59,116 bases of DNA from Lachnospiraceae bacterium (GTDB lineage Bacteria; Bacillota; Clostridia; Lachnospirales; Lachnospiraceae), in NCBI GenBank assembly GCA_024681985.1, contig JAIKZU010000112.1:1-59116 (forward strand), written 5' to 3'. Positions 1 to 10,064 of the stretch are shown here, piece after piece. The notes under the pieces are model-generated. The model was not told the origin of the DNA and made no database searches. It worked only from the letters and a program-made list of their open reading frames with translations. Numbering within the stretch: position 1 is the first letter of the stretch; each line of letters begins with the position of its first letter. Position numbers and translations under genes: made by a program.

Positions 1-2585
1 TCCAGCGCATTTTCCGCTTTGATATACATGGCGCCGATGGGCTGACGGTTCTTGATATTTGCCGCATTTCGGCAGGCACGGCCGAATACCACGATCTTTA
101 AGAGTTCTTTCATCTTTTCTTCCAGATCGGTGTCGATCCAGGCTTCCTCTACGGCAGGGAAGTCACAGAGATGTACGGACTCCGGCGCGTCTTTGTCCAG
201 GGAGCATACCAGATTCTGATAGATCTCCTCCGTCATAAAGGGGATCATGGGGGCTGCTGCCTTTGCGATGGTCACCAGACAGGTATAAAGGGTCATATAG
301 GCATTGATCTTGTCCTGCTCCATTCCCTTTGCCCAGAAACGCTCACGGCTGCGGCGAACGTACCAGTTGGACAGATCATCCACGAAACCGTCCAAAGCTC
401 TGGCTGCCTCGGGGATCTGGTAATTGCCCAAACGGGTGTCCACTTCCTTTACCACGGACTGCAGACGGGATAAGGCCCATTTGTCCATGATGGAAAGTTT
501 GTCGTATTCCAGTTTATATTTTGTGGCATCGAACTCGTCGATGTTTGCATACAGTACAAAGAACGCATAGGTATTCCAAAGGGTACCCATGAACTTTCTC
601 TGGCCTTCCTGTACAGCCTTTCCGTGGAAGCGGTTGGGCAGCCAGGGAGCGGAGTTGATATAGAAATACCAGCGGATGGCGTCGGCGCCGTAGGTCTCTA
701 AGGCTTCAAAAGGATCCACCGCATTTCCTTTGGACTTGGACATCTTTTGACCGTTTTCATCCTGCACGTGACCCAAAACGATGACGTTCTCGTAAGGCGC
801 CTTATTAAAGAGCAGGGTGGACTCCGCCATCAGGGAATAGAACCATCCACGGGTCTGATCCACCGCCTCGGAAATAAACTTTGCGGGGAACTGCTGTTCA
901 AACAGATCCTTGTTCTCGAAGGGATAGTGATGCTGGGCAAAGGGCATGGCGCCACTGTCGAACCAGCAATCGATCACCTCCGGCACACGTCGCATGGTCT
1001 TGCCGCAATCCGGGCAGGTAAAGGTCACCTCGTCAATGTAGGGACGGTGAAGTTCGATCTTTGCATGTTCGGGATTGCCGCTCCTCTCAGCCAGCTGCGC
1101 CCGGCTTCCGATGGCTTCCCGATGTCCGCAGTCTTCACATTCCCAGATATTTAAAGGTGTACCCCAGTAACGGTTACGGGAAATACCCCAGTCCTGGATG
1201 TTCTCCAGCCAGTCACCGAAACGTCCCTTTCCGATGGATTCGGGGATCCAGTTAACGGTGTTGTTGTTTCGGATCAGATCGTCCCGTACTTCCGTCATCT
1301 TAATGAACCAGGACTCTCTGGCGTAGTAGATAAGGGGTGTATCGCATCTCCAGCAGTGAGGGTAGTCATGCTCGAATTTGGGCGCCGCAAATAAAAGACC
1401 TCTCTTGTCCAGTTCCACCAATACTTCCGGATCTGCGGATTTTACGCCCTTGTCCATTTCGGCCTGGGTAGGCTTTGCCCGCATGCCGCCGAAGGGAGTC
1501 TCATCCAGCATCTCACCCTTTTCATTTACCATCTGTACGAAGGGCAGGTCATAGTTTCTGCCCACGTTGGCATCGTCTTCACCGAAGGCCGGTGCGATGT
1601 GTACGATACCGGTACCGTCGGTCATGGTAACGTAATTGTCACAGGTCACGAAAAAGCCTTTTTTATGCTGCTTGTCCGCACGGATCTTCGCACACTCGTA
1701 CAAAGGCTCGAACTCCTTGTACTCCAAGTCTTTTCCGGTATAGCTTTCCAGTACCTCGTATGCTTTTTTTCCTTCCTCGGCCAGATCTCCCAAAACGCTG
1801 TCGCAAAGAGCCTCCGCCAGGTAGTAGGTATAACCGTCGGCTGCCTTGACCTTTACATAGGTCTCGGCGGGGTTTACGCAGAGCGCCACATTGGAAGGCA
1901 ATGTCCAAGGTGTGGTGGTCCAAGCCAAAAAGTATGCATCCTCATCGGATACTTTAAAGCGTACGATGGCGGAGCGCTCTTTTAAGGTCTTATAGCCCTG
2001 GGCTACTTCCTGGGAAGATAAGGGCGTACCGCAGCGAGGGCAGTAAGGCACTACCTTAAATCCTTTATACAAAAGCTTTTTGTCCCAGATCTCCTTTAGA
2101 GCCCACCACTCGGACTCGATAAAATCGTCATCATAGGTGACATAGGGATTGTCCATGTCTGCCCAGAAGCCAACGGTAGCGGAGAAATCCTCCCACATTC
2201 CCTTGTACTTCCAAACGGATTCCTTACATTTGTCGATGAAGGGCTCCATGCCGTATTCCTCGATCTGATCTTTGCCGTTTAAGCCCAAAAGCTTTTCCAC
2301 TTCCAGCTCCACCGGAAGACCGTGGGTATCCCAGCCGGCCTTACGAGGCACATATTTTCCCTTCATGGTCTGATAACGGGGGATCATATCCTTGATCACC
2401 CGGGTTAACACGTGACCAATATGCGGCTTTCCGTTTGCCGTAGGCGGTCCGTCATAAAATGTATAGGTCTCTCCCTCCTTCCGGGAGTCCATGGATTTTT
2501 GGAAAATATCATTTTCCTTCCAAAACTTTTCTACTTCTTTCTCTCTGGCTACGAAATTCAGATCCGTATCAACTTTCTTGTACAT
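1..2585 (-). CDS. ileS: Isoleucyl-tRNA synthetase (type 2), N-terminal about 861 aa; C-terminus runs off the window
   Basis: Not in the ORF track because it is partial. The reverse complement from ATG at 2585 reads MYKKVDTDLNFVAREKEVEKFWKENDIF...YTFYDGPPTANGKPHIGHVLTR...GWDTHGLPVE. This contains the class I HIGH motif and the typical IleRS N-terminus. The frame stays open to position 1. Confidence 0.9.
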   Translation of the reverse strand, partial: MYKKVDTDLNFVAREKEVEKFWKENDIFQKSMDSRKEGETYTFYDGPPTANGKPHIGHVLTRVIKDMIPRYQTMKGKYVPRKAGWDTHGLPVELEVEKLLGLNGKDQIEEYGMEPFIDKCKESVWKYKGMWEDFSATVGFWADMDNPYVTYDDDFIESEWWALKEIWDKKLLYKGFKVVPYCPRCGTPLSSQEVAQGYKTLKERSAIVRFKVSDEDAYFLAWTTTPWTLPSNVALCVNPAETYVKVKAADGYTYYLAEALCDSVLGDLAEEGKKAYEVLESYTGKDLEYKEFEPLYECAKIRADKQHKKGFFVTCDNYVTMTDGTGIVHIAPAFGEDDANVGRNYDLPFVQMVNEKGEMLDETPFGGMRAKPTQAEMDKGVKSADPEVLVELDKRGLLFAAPKFEHDYPHCWRCDTPLIYYARESWFIKMTEVRDDLIRNNNTVNWIPESIGKGRFGDWLENIQDWGISRNRYWGTPLNIWECEDCGHREAIGSRAQLAERSGNPEHAKIELHRPYIDEVTFTCPDCGKTMRRVPEVIDCWFDSGAMPFAQHHYPFENKDLFEQQFPAKFISEAVDQTRGWFYSLMAESTLLFNKAPYENVIVLGHVQDENGQKMSKSKGNAVDPFEALETYGADAIRWYFYINSAPWLPNRFHGKAVQEGQRKFMGTLWNTYAFFVLYANIDEFDATKYKLEYDKLSIMDKWALSRLQSVVKEVDTRLGNYQIPEAARALDGFVDDLSNWYVRRSRERFWAKGMEQDKINAYMTLYTCLVTIAKAAAPMIPFMTEEIYQNLVCSLDKDAPESVHLCDFPAVEEAWIDTDLEEKMKELLKIVVFGRACRNAANIKNRQPIGAMYIKAENAL

Positions 2586-2637
2586 CTTTAAAATGATTAT
2601 CCTTTCCCTTTTATAGCAACACGGTGACCGTGTCTTC

Positions 2638-3081
2638 TTACAATTCTTCTGCACTTCCCTCGTCTACGGAGAACTCATCCGGAGCCTTTTCCGGTGTCTC
2701 AAGACCGGGGTCCATAAAGGGGGCAAAATATTCTTCCATATCGTCGTTTCCGTATTCTTCCAGGTATTCCTCGAAGCTTTTCGGCAGTTCCGAATCTCCC
2801 TGGGAGAAATCGATGACGGAATCCGAAAGTGCCGTATTGGAGGATACCACCACCCAAAAGACCACCAAAAGTATGATGGAAATGACGGATGTGATGATCC
2901 CGCCCAATGCATAGGCCCTGCCATACTTACCGAACCGGGCGATCTGTACGATACCCATGATGATGGCGATGATTGCGGTAACTATATTTGCACAACTGCA
3001 AAAGAACACCAGTGAAACTATGCCCAGCACCAAAGATGCCACGCCCAGCCCCTTGCTCGGGGGTCTCTGATAATAATCCAT
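2638..3081 (-). CDS. Small membrane protein (DUF4190-like) with 2-3 TM helices and an acidic C-terminal tail
   Basis: 147-aa ORF. It has hydrophobic segments GLGVASLVLGIVSLVFF and IITSVISIILLVVFWVVV, and an acidic tail EEYLEEYGNDDMEEY. Confidence 0.55.
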   Translation of the reverse strand: MDYYQRPPSKGLGVASLVLGIVSLVFFCSCANIVTAIIAIIMGIVQIARFGKYGRAYALGGIITSVISIILLVVFWVVVSSNTALSDSVIDFSQGDSELPKSFEEYLEEYGNDDMEEYFAPFMDPGLETPEKAPDEFSVDEGSAEEL

Positions 3082-3083
3082 TT

Positions 3084-3449
3084 TTATCCCTCTTCCTGAA
3101 ACAGATTGACATCCAGCAGGATCTCCTGCCAGTTGATCCGATTTTCTGCGGATATGGTGCCAAAGTATATGGCAAAGATGATCACCGTCAAAAGAACGGT
3201 CCCCACCATGATGGCTCCCAAGACGCCTCCCACGTTTGCAACGCGATTGGGTTCGTAGTGCTTCCTCTGGTAGATCCAGAGCACTACGGACAGTATCGCA
3301 AGGGGTACGCCCACATACCAGAAACAGATCAGCGGATAGGAAAGAGAAGCCGCCAATAAAGTGGCATAACTTATGATCGCATCCCTTCTGTCCTCCATGA
3401 TCTTATAATTTCCCTTCATACCATATTCACATCTTATAAACATTAGCAT
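3084..3449 (-). CDS. Hypothetical membrane protein (about 3 TM helices)
   Basis: 121-aa ORF with hydrophobic stretches. Its end is 2 nt from the start of the downstream ORF, consistent with co-transcription. Confidence 0.5.
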   Translation of the reverse strand: MLMFIRCEYGMKGNYKIMEDRRDAIISYATLLAASLSYPLICFWYVGVPLAILSVVLWIYQRKHYEPNRVANVGGVLGAIMVGTVLLTVIIFAIYFGTISAENRINWQEILLDVNLFQEEG

Positions 3450-3487
3450 ATTTCACGGTATACCGCAAGCAATCGGGGTCGAAGAAG

Positions 3488-3518
3488 CAAAAAGGAGACA
3501 GGGTTTTTCCCTGTCTCC
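3488..3518 (-). terminator. Rho-independent terminator after the lysophospholipase-like gene
   Basis: Perfect 10-bp stem GGAGACAGGG/CCCTGTCTCC (3494-3503 and 3509-3518), followed on the minus strand by TTTTTGC. Confidence 0.7.
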
Positions 3519-3528
3519 GAAGTGTTTT

Positions 3529-4506
3529 TTAATTCTGTGCGTAAAAGTCTAAAACCTTACGATAGTAATCGATCCGATCCTCGTCATTGGCATTAAAGAT
3601 CTCATGCTTGGAGGCGAGGAACTCGTACTTTTTGATCCGCGGGTTGTTTTTTAGGAACTTCTCCTGTCCACCGGGCTCCACCATGGTATCCATTCCCGCC
3701 TGAAACAGGATGGCCGGTGCCGTGATCTTTGCAGCGTTTTTGATGGCATAGCGCATACCCTTCATAGACTCCCGGCACCACTTATAGGTCCCGCCGTTGG
3801 TTTGGTATTCCCTGACCTGCTTCTTGATCTCAAAAAGGTACCGATGCCGTGCCTCGGATAAGGCGGAGCAGTTGGGATAGGTATTCACGCCGTCGAACCC
3901 GTGCTGGGAGGGAAGGTACTTCTCGTCCCAACCCGCAATGGCCGACCAGGTGGTAAGGAGCGCCACCAGGATCGGGTTGATGCCCCTAAAGTTAAGCTGC
4001 ATCATGGGAGAGCTTAATACGCCGCAGGCAAAGTCCGTAGGGTATTTTTCCATATAGCAGGCCCCGATGCAGCCTCCCATGGAATGGCTGTACAAAAAGA
4101 TTTTCTTTGTCTTTGATTCCCGCTTTACCACTCCGTCCACAAAAAGCTTTAGATCCTCCACATAGCGGAAGAAATCCGTCACATGCACTTTGTCATGCTC
4201 CGCACACTCCCGGTAGGAATAGCCGTGCCCCCGGTGTTCGATAAAAAATACGGAGTAGCCGGCTGCATAGAAGATGTAAAACATCTCATGGTACTTCGGG
4301 AAGAATTCGCAAAAGCCATGGGAGATAACGATGGCCGCCTTCTCATCTTCGTTTAATAGATATTCGTAGTGGATCTTGTTTCCGTCAGCGCCTTTAAAAT
4401 CTCCGCTTTGGACCTGATCCAAAACCGGGGCAGCCTCCTCTTTCATCCGCTTCTCAAAGTCCTCTTCTCCGAAGAAAAAATCCGGGGCGTGATAGTCTCT
4501 TAGCAT
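3529..4506 (-). CDS. Alpha/beta hydrolase, lysophospholipase/monoacylglycerol lipase-like
   Basis: 325 aa. It has an HGFCEF oxyanion region and the nucleophile elbow SHSMGG (GxSxG). Size and layout resemble PldB-type lysophospholipases. Confidence 0.7.
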   Translation of the reverse strand: MLRDYHAPDFFFGEEDFEKRMKEEAAPVLDQVQSGDFKGADGNKIHYEYLLNEDEKAAIVISHGFCEFFPKYHEMFYIFYAAGYSVFFIEHRGHGYSYRECAEHDKVHVTDFFRYVEDLKLFVDGVVKRESKTKKIFLYSHSMGGCIGACYMEKYPTDFACGVLSSPMMQLNFRGINPILVALLTTWSAIAGWDEKYLPSQHGFDGVNTYPNCSALSEARHRYLFEIKKQVREYQTNGGTYKWCRESMKGMRYAIKNAAKITAPAILFQAGMDTMVEPGGQEKFLKNNPRIKKYEFLASKHEIFNANDEDRIDYYRKVLDFYAQN

Positions 4507-4507
4507 A

Positions 4508-5227
4508 CTACTGTCCCTCGATGACGCGGCGGGCCATATCCGGATAGTTGGTGATAACGGAGTCCGTCTGTGCCTCCATACACATCTTTACGTACTTTTC
4601 TTCGTTTACGGTCCATACATGAAGCTTCAATCCGTTTTTCTTACATTCCTCCACGAAGCCGGGATACTGCAGATTATACAGTGCCGGATGCAGGGCGTTC
4701 ACCCCGTGCTTTACGGCATAGGCCGGCATGTCGATGGGGCCGTCCGCATAGAGAAAACCCACGGTGGTGGAAGGATCCAGCTCATGGATCTTTTTTACCG
4801 TGTAATGGTTAAAGGAAGAATAGAACACCCGCTCTTCCATCCCCATTTCCTTTGTCAGAGCCAAAAGTTTTTCCTCGATGGGATAAAAGACAATGCCTGT
4901 TTTGATCTCGATATTAATCACCAGATCCGTAGGCTTTACCAGTTCAAAAACCTCCCGCATGGTGGGGATATCCGCATGCTCATACTCGGGATGGGGCTTA
5001 TTGTAATTAAACTTCCGCAGCTCCTCTAAGGTATAATCCTTTACCCAGCCCTTGCCGTTACTGGTGCGGTCAATGGTCTCGTCGTGGATCACCACGATCT
5101 CGCCGTCCTTTGTCATCTGAACATCCAGTTCGAATCCGTCCGCCTTCTGGTCGATGGCCTTCTGAAAAGCGGGAATGGTGTTTTCCGGAGCATATCCCGA
5201 TGCTCCACGATGTGCTAATACTAACAT
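4508..5227 (-). CDS. Glycerophosphodiester phosphodiesterase (GDPD family, cytoplasmic type)
   Basis: 239 aa. The N-terminus LVLAHRGASGYAPENTIPAF and the motif ELDVQMTKDGEIVVIHDETIDRT are canonical GDPD motifs. No signal peptide is present. Confidence 0.85.
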   Translation of the reverse strand: MLVLAHRGASGYAPENTIPAFQKAIDQKADGFELDVQMTKDGEIVVIHDETIDRTSNGKGWVKDYTLEELRKFNYNKPHPEYEHADIPTMREVFELVKPTDLVINIEIKTGIVFYPIEEKLLALTKEMGMEERVFYSSFNHYTVKKIHELDPSTTVGFLYADGPIDMPAYAVKHGVNALHPALYNLQYPGFVEECKKNGLKLHVWTVNEEKYVKMCMEAQTDSVITNYPDMARRVIEGQ

Positions 5228-5251
5228 GTTTGTCTCCTTTCAGGTCTCGGA

Positions 5252-6580
5252 TCAATCATCAAAATCAAATGCGTCCAATCCCGTCTTTCCTTCTTTGGCA
5301 TCCCCATGCTTCACGAAGTTCATGGTGATGAAGGCCAGGATCATGAAGGTGGCCGCATATACAAAGTAAATGTGATAGCCGATATGCTCCAGTAAAAATC
5401 CGCAGAAGATAGGTGTGATGATCTGGGCCGTCATACTAAAGGTGTAGTAGTACCCTGTGAACTTGCCCACATCACTTCCCTTACACATCTCCAATACCAT
5501 GGGGAGCGAGTTTACATTGATGGCTGCCCAGGCCAGGCCGATGAGTGCGAATACAAAATATAAAATGTTTGAAAACTCGTCATGGGTGGAGGTAAAGAAC
5601 AAGCCAAAGAGGTAGCAGGAGGTCATAATGATGATACCTCCCAAAATGCTCTTTTTCCGTCCGATCTTGCCGGATACCCAGCCTACCGGTATGTAGGAAA
5701 GGATAGCGCCGGCGTTGGCGATCAAAAGACAGGTGGAAGCGCCGCCCAAGCCTTTGCCCCAGATCTCGGAAGCAAACTTTGTAAACCAGGTCTCCACCGC
5801 ATTGTAGGATACGAACCATAAAGCCACGGAGAAGAGCAAGAATACCAGTGAACGCTTCACCTCGGGAGGAAGCACCTCATTTCCGCTTCCGTCGTCCACT
5901 GCCAGATTCTCCTCGGGATGGGCATCTTCATATGCCTTCATCTCCACCATGAGCTTTGCCTCATTTACCGTGGTCATAACGATGACAAGGGCCAAGATCA
6001 TGATCCCCGCCACAATGGCAAAGATCAGGAAATAATTCACGTGATCCAACCCCTCCGTCTTTGACTTCGGATAGAGTACAGCTGCCAGCCCCAGGTATAA
6101 GATCCCGCCTACGGCACCCATGAGGTTGATGATGGCATTCCCCTGACTCCGAAATCTCTTGGGTGTAAGATCCGGCATCAATGCTACTGCAGGGCTCCGG
6201 TAGGTACCCATGGCTACGAGAAGGGCCCCTAAAACCGCGATGAAAAGTACCATCTTTGCTGCAGAAGGCGATACATAATAGCTGTTATCCAAAAGCGGGA
6301 TAAAGATCATCAAGATCACCGCCGCTATGGTGCCGAACAGGATGAAAGGTTTCCTGCGTCCCATAGGGCTCTTGCACTTGTCGGAAATGGTCCCGAAGAT
6401 GGGAAGCAGAAACAGTCCCAATACATTGTCTGCTGCCATGACCGCACCGGAGATGGTCTCGCCCATCCCGAAGGTGTCGGTTAAGATCAAAGGCATGATG
6501 TTGTTATAAAGCTGCCAAAAAGCACAGATGGACAGGAAGGCAAATCCTATCCGTATGGTTTGTCCCGGTCTGAATTTCAT
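5252..6580 (-). CDS. MFS/GPH-like transporter (about 12 TM helices)
   Basis: The ORF is open from 6652, but ATG at 6580 (MKFRPGQ) follows GAGGGGG. The motif SDKCKSPMGRRKPFILFG resembles the D-x-x-GRR-K-P loop of GPH/SLC45-like carriers. There are many hydrophobic helices. Confidence 0.75.
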   Translation of the reverse strand: MKFRPGQTIRIGFAFLSICAFWQLYNNIMPLILTDTFGMGETISGAVMAADNVLGLFLLPIFGTISDKCKSPMGRRKPFILFGTIAAVILMIFIPLLDNSYYVSPSAAKMVLFIAVLGALLVAMGTYRSPAVALMPDLTPKRFRSQGNAIINLMGAVGGILYLGLAAVLYPKSKTEGLDHVNYFLIFAIVAGIMILALVIVMTTVNEAKLMVEMKAYEDAHPEENLAVDDGSGNEVLPPEVKRSLVFLLFSVALWFVSYNAVETWFTKFASEIWGKGLGGASTCLLIANAGAILSYIPVGWVSGKIGRKKSILGGIIIMTSCYLFGLFFTSTHDEFSNILYFVFALIGLAWAAINVNSLPMVLEMCKGSDVGKFTGYYYTFSMTAQIITPIFCGFLLEHIGYHIYFVYAATFMILAFITMNFVKHGDAKEGKTGLDAFDFDD

Positions 6581-6675
6581 GATGTAAAAATCCCCCTCAT
6601 TATGTAAAATTTTTGATCCGTGTACCTGTGCCAACCGTCCCGCACAGGCCACACAAAATCATTTTACACTTGTAC

Positions 6676-6707
6676 ACAAAAAGAGACAAGGGCTTATGCC
6701 CTTGTCT
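6676..6707 (-). terminator. Rho-independent terminator
   Basis: Stem AGACAAGGGC/GCCCTTGTCT (6684-6693 and 6698-6707) with loop TTAT, followed on the minus strand by CTTTTTGTG. Confidence 0.7.
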
Positions 6708-6761
6708 TAAAATTAACGATCCTTTAGTCCAGCCGGACCACTTCTCCGCTTATTGTGTATT

Positions 6762-7418
6762 TTATTGTGTAAATTCCCGAACTGTCGGAGCCAGAAAATC
6801 CGTATGCTCCACATAGTCGCCGTGGCCCTTTCCTTTAAAGATCCGAAGGGTCGAGTTGGGCGTGGAAGCATCCATCTTTTTAAACTCCTTTAGGGAGATC
6901 ATATCCTTTTCCCCACCCAGATAAAGCACCGGGCAGGTGATCTTTTGAAAATCACCGTATGTCAGGTTAGGCTCCCGCAGCATCATCTCTGCCAGGGGAC
7001 TTCCGGTTTTTTTATAGAGCTTTTTGATCTCATGCCGGGCGGAAAAGGTGAGCCCCTCCGGCGAGGCATTGGCTCCACAGGCGATGACGCCGGAGATCGT
7101 ATGCTCTGTCATGGCCGCCATGAGTGCTACGATCCCTCCGTCGGAAAATCCGAGGATATAAGGCTTTTCAATGGACAGCGCATGAATAAAGTTGCACACG
7201 TCCGCCGCCATATCCCCATAGTGGTATTCCTTTGGCGTGGCAGAAAGACCCTGTCCCCGACTGTCGATGGCGTAAATGTCGTAATCCGGCAAAATGGCTT
7301 CCGTCAGGCGATCAAAGATCTCGTGAGTCTCTCCGTTTCCATGGAGTAAGATAATGCTTTTTGTTCCTTCACCGCAGTGTTCGTAATAAAGAACCTGGGA
7401 ATTTAACTGAATATACAT
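6762..7418 (-). CDS. Alpha/beta hydrolase (small, BioH/esterase-like)
   Basis: 218 aa with LLHGNGETHEIF and the nucleophile elbow GFSDGG. Confidence 0.7.
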   Translation of the reverse strand: MYIQLNSQVLYYEHCGEGTKSIILLHGNGETHEIFDRLTEAILPDYDIYAIDSRGQGLSATPKEYHYGDMAADVCNFIHALSIEKPYILGFSDGGIVALMAAMTEHTISGVIACGANASPEGLTFSARHEIKKLYKKTGSPLAEMMLREPNLTYGDFQKITCPVLYLGGEKDMISLKEFKKMDASTPNSTLRIFKGKGHGDYVEHTDFLAPTVREFTQ

Positions 7419-7440
7419 GGGAGTAGTATAGCATATTATA

Positions 7441-8730
7441 TCAATGCTTCGGGATCAGTTTGTCCTGACCGCCCATGTAAGGCCGTAACACCTCGGGGAT
7501 GTTGACGGAGCCGTCGGCATTTAAGTTGTTTTCCAAAAATGCGATGAGCATTCTCGGAGGCGCCACCACCGTGTTGTTTAAGGTGTGGGCAAAGTATTTG
7601 TTCTTATCCTTGTCCTTTACACGGATACCCAGACGTCTGGCCTGTGCATCTCCCAAATTGGAGCAGGATCCCACCTCAAAATACTTCTGCTGTCTGGGGC
7701 TCCAGGCCTCCACGTCGCAGGATTTCACTTTCAGATCCGCCAGATCACCGGAGCAGCACTCCAAGGTACGTACGGGGATGTCCAGGCTTCGGAAGAGATC
7801 TACGGTGTTCTGCCAAAGCTTGTCATACCACATAGGGGATTCCTCGGGTTTACATACCACGATCATCTCCTGCTTTTCAAACTGGTGGATCCGATAAACG
7901 CCTCTTTCCTCAATGCCGTGGGCTCCCTTTTCCTTACGGAAGCAGGGAGAATAAGAGGTCAATGTATAGGGGAGCTTTTCCTCATCATTTAAGGTATCAA
8001 TGAACTTTCCGATCATGGAATGCTCGGAGGTTCCGATGAGGTAGAGATCTTCCCCTTCGATCTTGTACATCATGGCATCCATCTCGTCAAAGCTCATCAC
8101 GCCGGTCACCACATTGGAGCGGATCATAAAAGGCGGTACGCAGTAAGTAAAGCCACGATCGATCATAAAATCCCTGGCATAGGCGATCACTGCGGAATGC
8201 AACCGGGCAATGTCACCCATGAGGTAATAGAAACCGTTTCCTGCCACCTTACCGGCTGCCTCCAGATCGATGCCGTCGAAACGCTCCATAATGTCCGTAT
8301 GATAAGGGATCTCAAAATCAGGTGTAACGGGATCTCCGAATTTTTCGATCTCCACATTGCAGGAATCATCTTTTCCGATGGGAACGGAAGCATCAATGAT
8401 ATTGGGAATGGTCATCATTCTCTTTTTGATCTCATCCTGAAGCTTTCGCTGTTCTTCTTCCAGCTGCGCCAGACGCTCCGCATTGGCCGTCACCTGCTTC
8501 TTTACTTCTTCCGCCTCATCCTTTTTGCCGTCCTTCATCAGGGCGCCGATCTGCTTGGATAAGGTGTTTCGAAGATTACGAAGATCATCTCCCTCCTGCT
8601 GCACAGAACGAACCTTCTGATCGAGTTCGATGACTTCGTCTACCATGGGGATCTTTTGATCCTGAAATTTCTTTTTGATGTTTTCCTTGACGATCTCCGG
8701 GTTTTCTCGAACAAATTTAATGTCTAACAT
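7441..8730 (-). CDS. serS: Seryl-tRNA synthetase
   Basis: 429 aa. It has the N-terminal coiled-coil MLDIKFVRENPEIVKENIKKK and a class II core (FRKEKGAHG..RGVYRIHQFEKQE). Confidence 0.95.
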   Translation of the reverse strand: MLDIKFVRENPEIVKENIKKKFQDQKIPMVDEVIELDQKVRSVQQEGDDLRNLRNTLSKQIGALMKDGKKDEAEEVKKQVTANAERLAQLEEEQRKLQDEIKKRMMTIPNIIDASVPIGKDDSCNVEIEKFGDPVTPDFEIPYHTDIMERFDGIDLEAAGKVAGNGFYYLMGDIARLHSAVIAYARDFMIDRGFTYCVPPFMIRSNVVTGVMSFDEMDAMMYKIEGEDLYLIGTSEHSMIGKFIDTLNDEEKLPYTLTSYSPCFRKEKGAHGIEERGVYRIHQFEKQEMIVVCKPEESPMWYDKLWQNTVDLFRSLDIPVRTLECCSGDLADLKVKSCDVEAWSPRQQKYFEVGSCSNLGDAQARRLGIRVKDKDKNKYFAHTLNNTVVAPPRMLIAFLENNLNADGSVNIPEVLRPYMGGQDKLIPKH

Positions 8731-8742
8731 AATCTCTCCCCT

Positions 8743-9990
8743 TTAAAAGTTTCCCGAAAGCGGGTACTTGTCAGTCAATGTCTTTACGATGTCACGGGCC
8801 GGGATCACACCCTCTTCGCCTTTTTTGATCACCGTGGCGATGGCTTCCGCCACCTTGTCAAAGTCTTCGGTATTTAAGCCACGGCTGGTGGCTGCAGGAG
8901 TTCCGAGACGGATACCGCTGGTAACAAAAGGACTCTTGGGATCATTGGGTACGGTGTTTTTGTTTGCTGTGATGTGTGCCCGATCCAGAAGCTTTTCTAC
9001 CTCTTTACCCGTCAGGTCGTTGGGTACTAAGTTCACCAGCATCAGATGGTTATCCGTTCCGCCGGATACAATGGAGATATCCCGGTTTAAAAGTCCCTTT
9101 GCCAATGCCTGGGCATTGTCCACAATGTTCTTTGCATAAGTCTTAAACTCCGGAGATAAAGCTTCCTTAAAGCAAACCGCCTTTGCAGCGATGACATGCA
9201 TCAGCGGGCCGCCCTGGATCCCCGGGAAGACTGCTTTGTTAAAGTTGTATTTTTCATTGGCCTCTGCGGTGGACAAGATCAGTCCTCCTCTGGGACCCCG
9301 CAAGGTCTTGTGGGTCGTGGTGGTGACGATGTCCGCATAGGGAACCGGCGACATATGATAGCCTGTAGCCACCAGTCCTGCAATATGGGCCATATCCACC
9401 ATCAGTACCGCCCCTACTTCATCGGCGATCTGGCGGAACCGCTTAAAATCCAAAGCACGGGCATAAGCGGACGCCCCCGCGATGATCATCTTGGGCTTGC
9501 ACTCTTTGGCGATCTTTAACACCTCGTCATAGTCGATAAAGCCGTCATCATTTACACCGTAGGGCACGATATTAAAATACTTTCCGGAAAAGTTCACCGG
9601 GCTTCCGTGGGTCAAGTGTCCGCCGTGATCCAAAGACATACCCATGATGGTGTCACCGGGTTCGCAAACAGCGAACTGCACCGCCATATTGGCCTGGGCG
9701 CCGGAGTGGGGCTGTACATTTGCGTAATCCGCTCCAAAGAGCTCCTTTGCACGTTCCCGTGCCAGTTCCTCTGCCCGGTCCACCACTTCACATCCGCCGT
9801 AATAGCGCTTTCCGGGATATCCTTCCGCATACTTGTTCGTAAGGACCGAACCCATGGCAGACATAACTGCGGGGCTGACCCAGTTCTCAGAGGCGATGAG
9901 CTCGATGTGCTCGCTCTGCCGATAAAACTCATCGCAGATAACCTGCGCGATCTCCGGATCCGTGTTTCTGATGTCGCTGATGCTGTACAT
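8743..9990 (-). CDS. glyA: Serine hydroxymethyltransferase
   Basis: ATG at 9990 is preceded by AAAGGAG. The sequences [20 protein letters not shown] and the PLP-lysine region [14 protein letters not shown] are canonical SHMT. The gene ends 12 nt before serS. Confidence 0.95.
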   Translation of the reverse strand: MYSISDIRNTDPEIAQVICDEFYRQSEHIELIASENWVSPAVMSAMGSVLTNKYAEGYPGKRYYGGCEVVDRAEELARERAKELFGADYANVQPHSGAQANMAVQFAVCEPGDTIMGMSLDHGGHLTHGSPVNFSGKYFNIVPYGVNDDGFIDYDEVLKIAKECKPKMIIAGASAYARALDFKRFRQIADEVGAVLMVDMAHIAGLVATGYHMSPVPYADIVTTTTHKTLRGPRGGLILSTAEANEKYNFNKAVFPGIQGGPLMHVIAAKAVCFKEALSPEFKTYAKNIVDNAQALAKGLLNRDISIVSGGTDNHLMLVNLVPNDLTGKEVEKLLDRAHITANKNTVPNDPKSPFVTSGIRLGTPAATSRGLNTEDFDKVAEAIATVIKKGEEGVIPARDIVKTLTDKYPLSGNF

Positions 9991-10064
9991 ATAGCACTCC
10001 TTTCCTATTTCCTGCGGTTGCGTCGTGTACTTCCCCGGCATCATGGATCCGGGTCAGAGATTTA

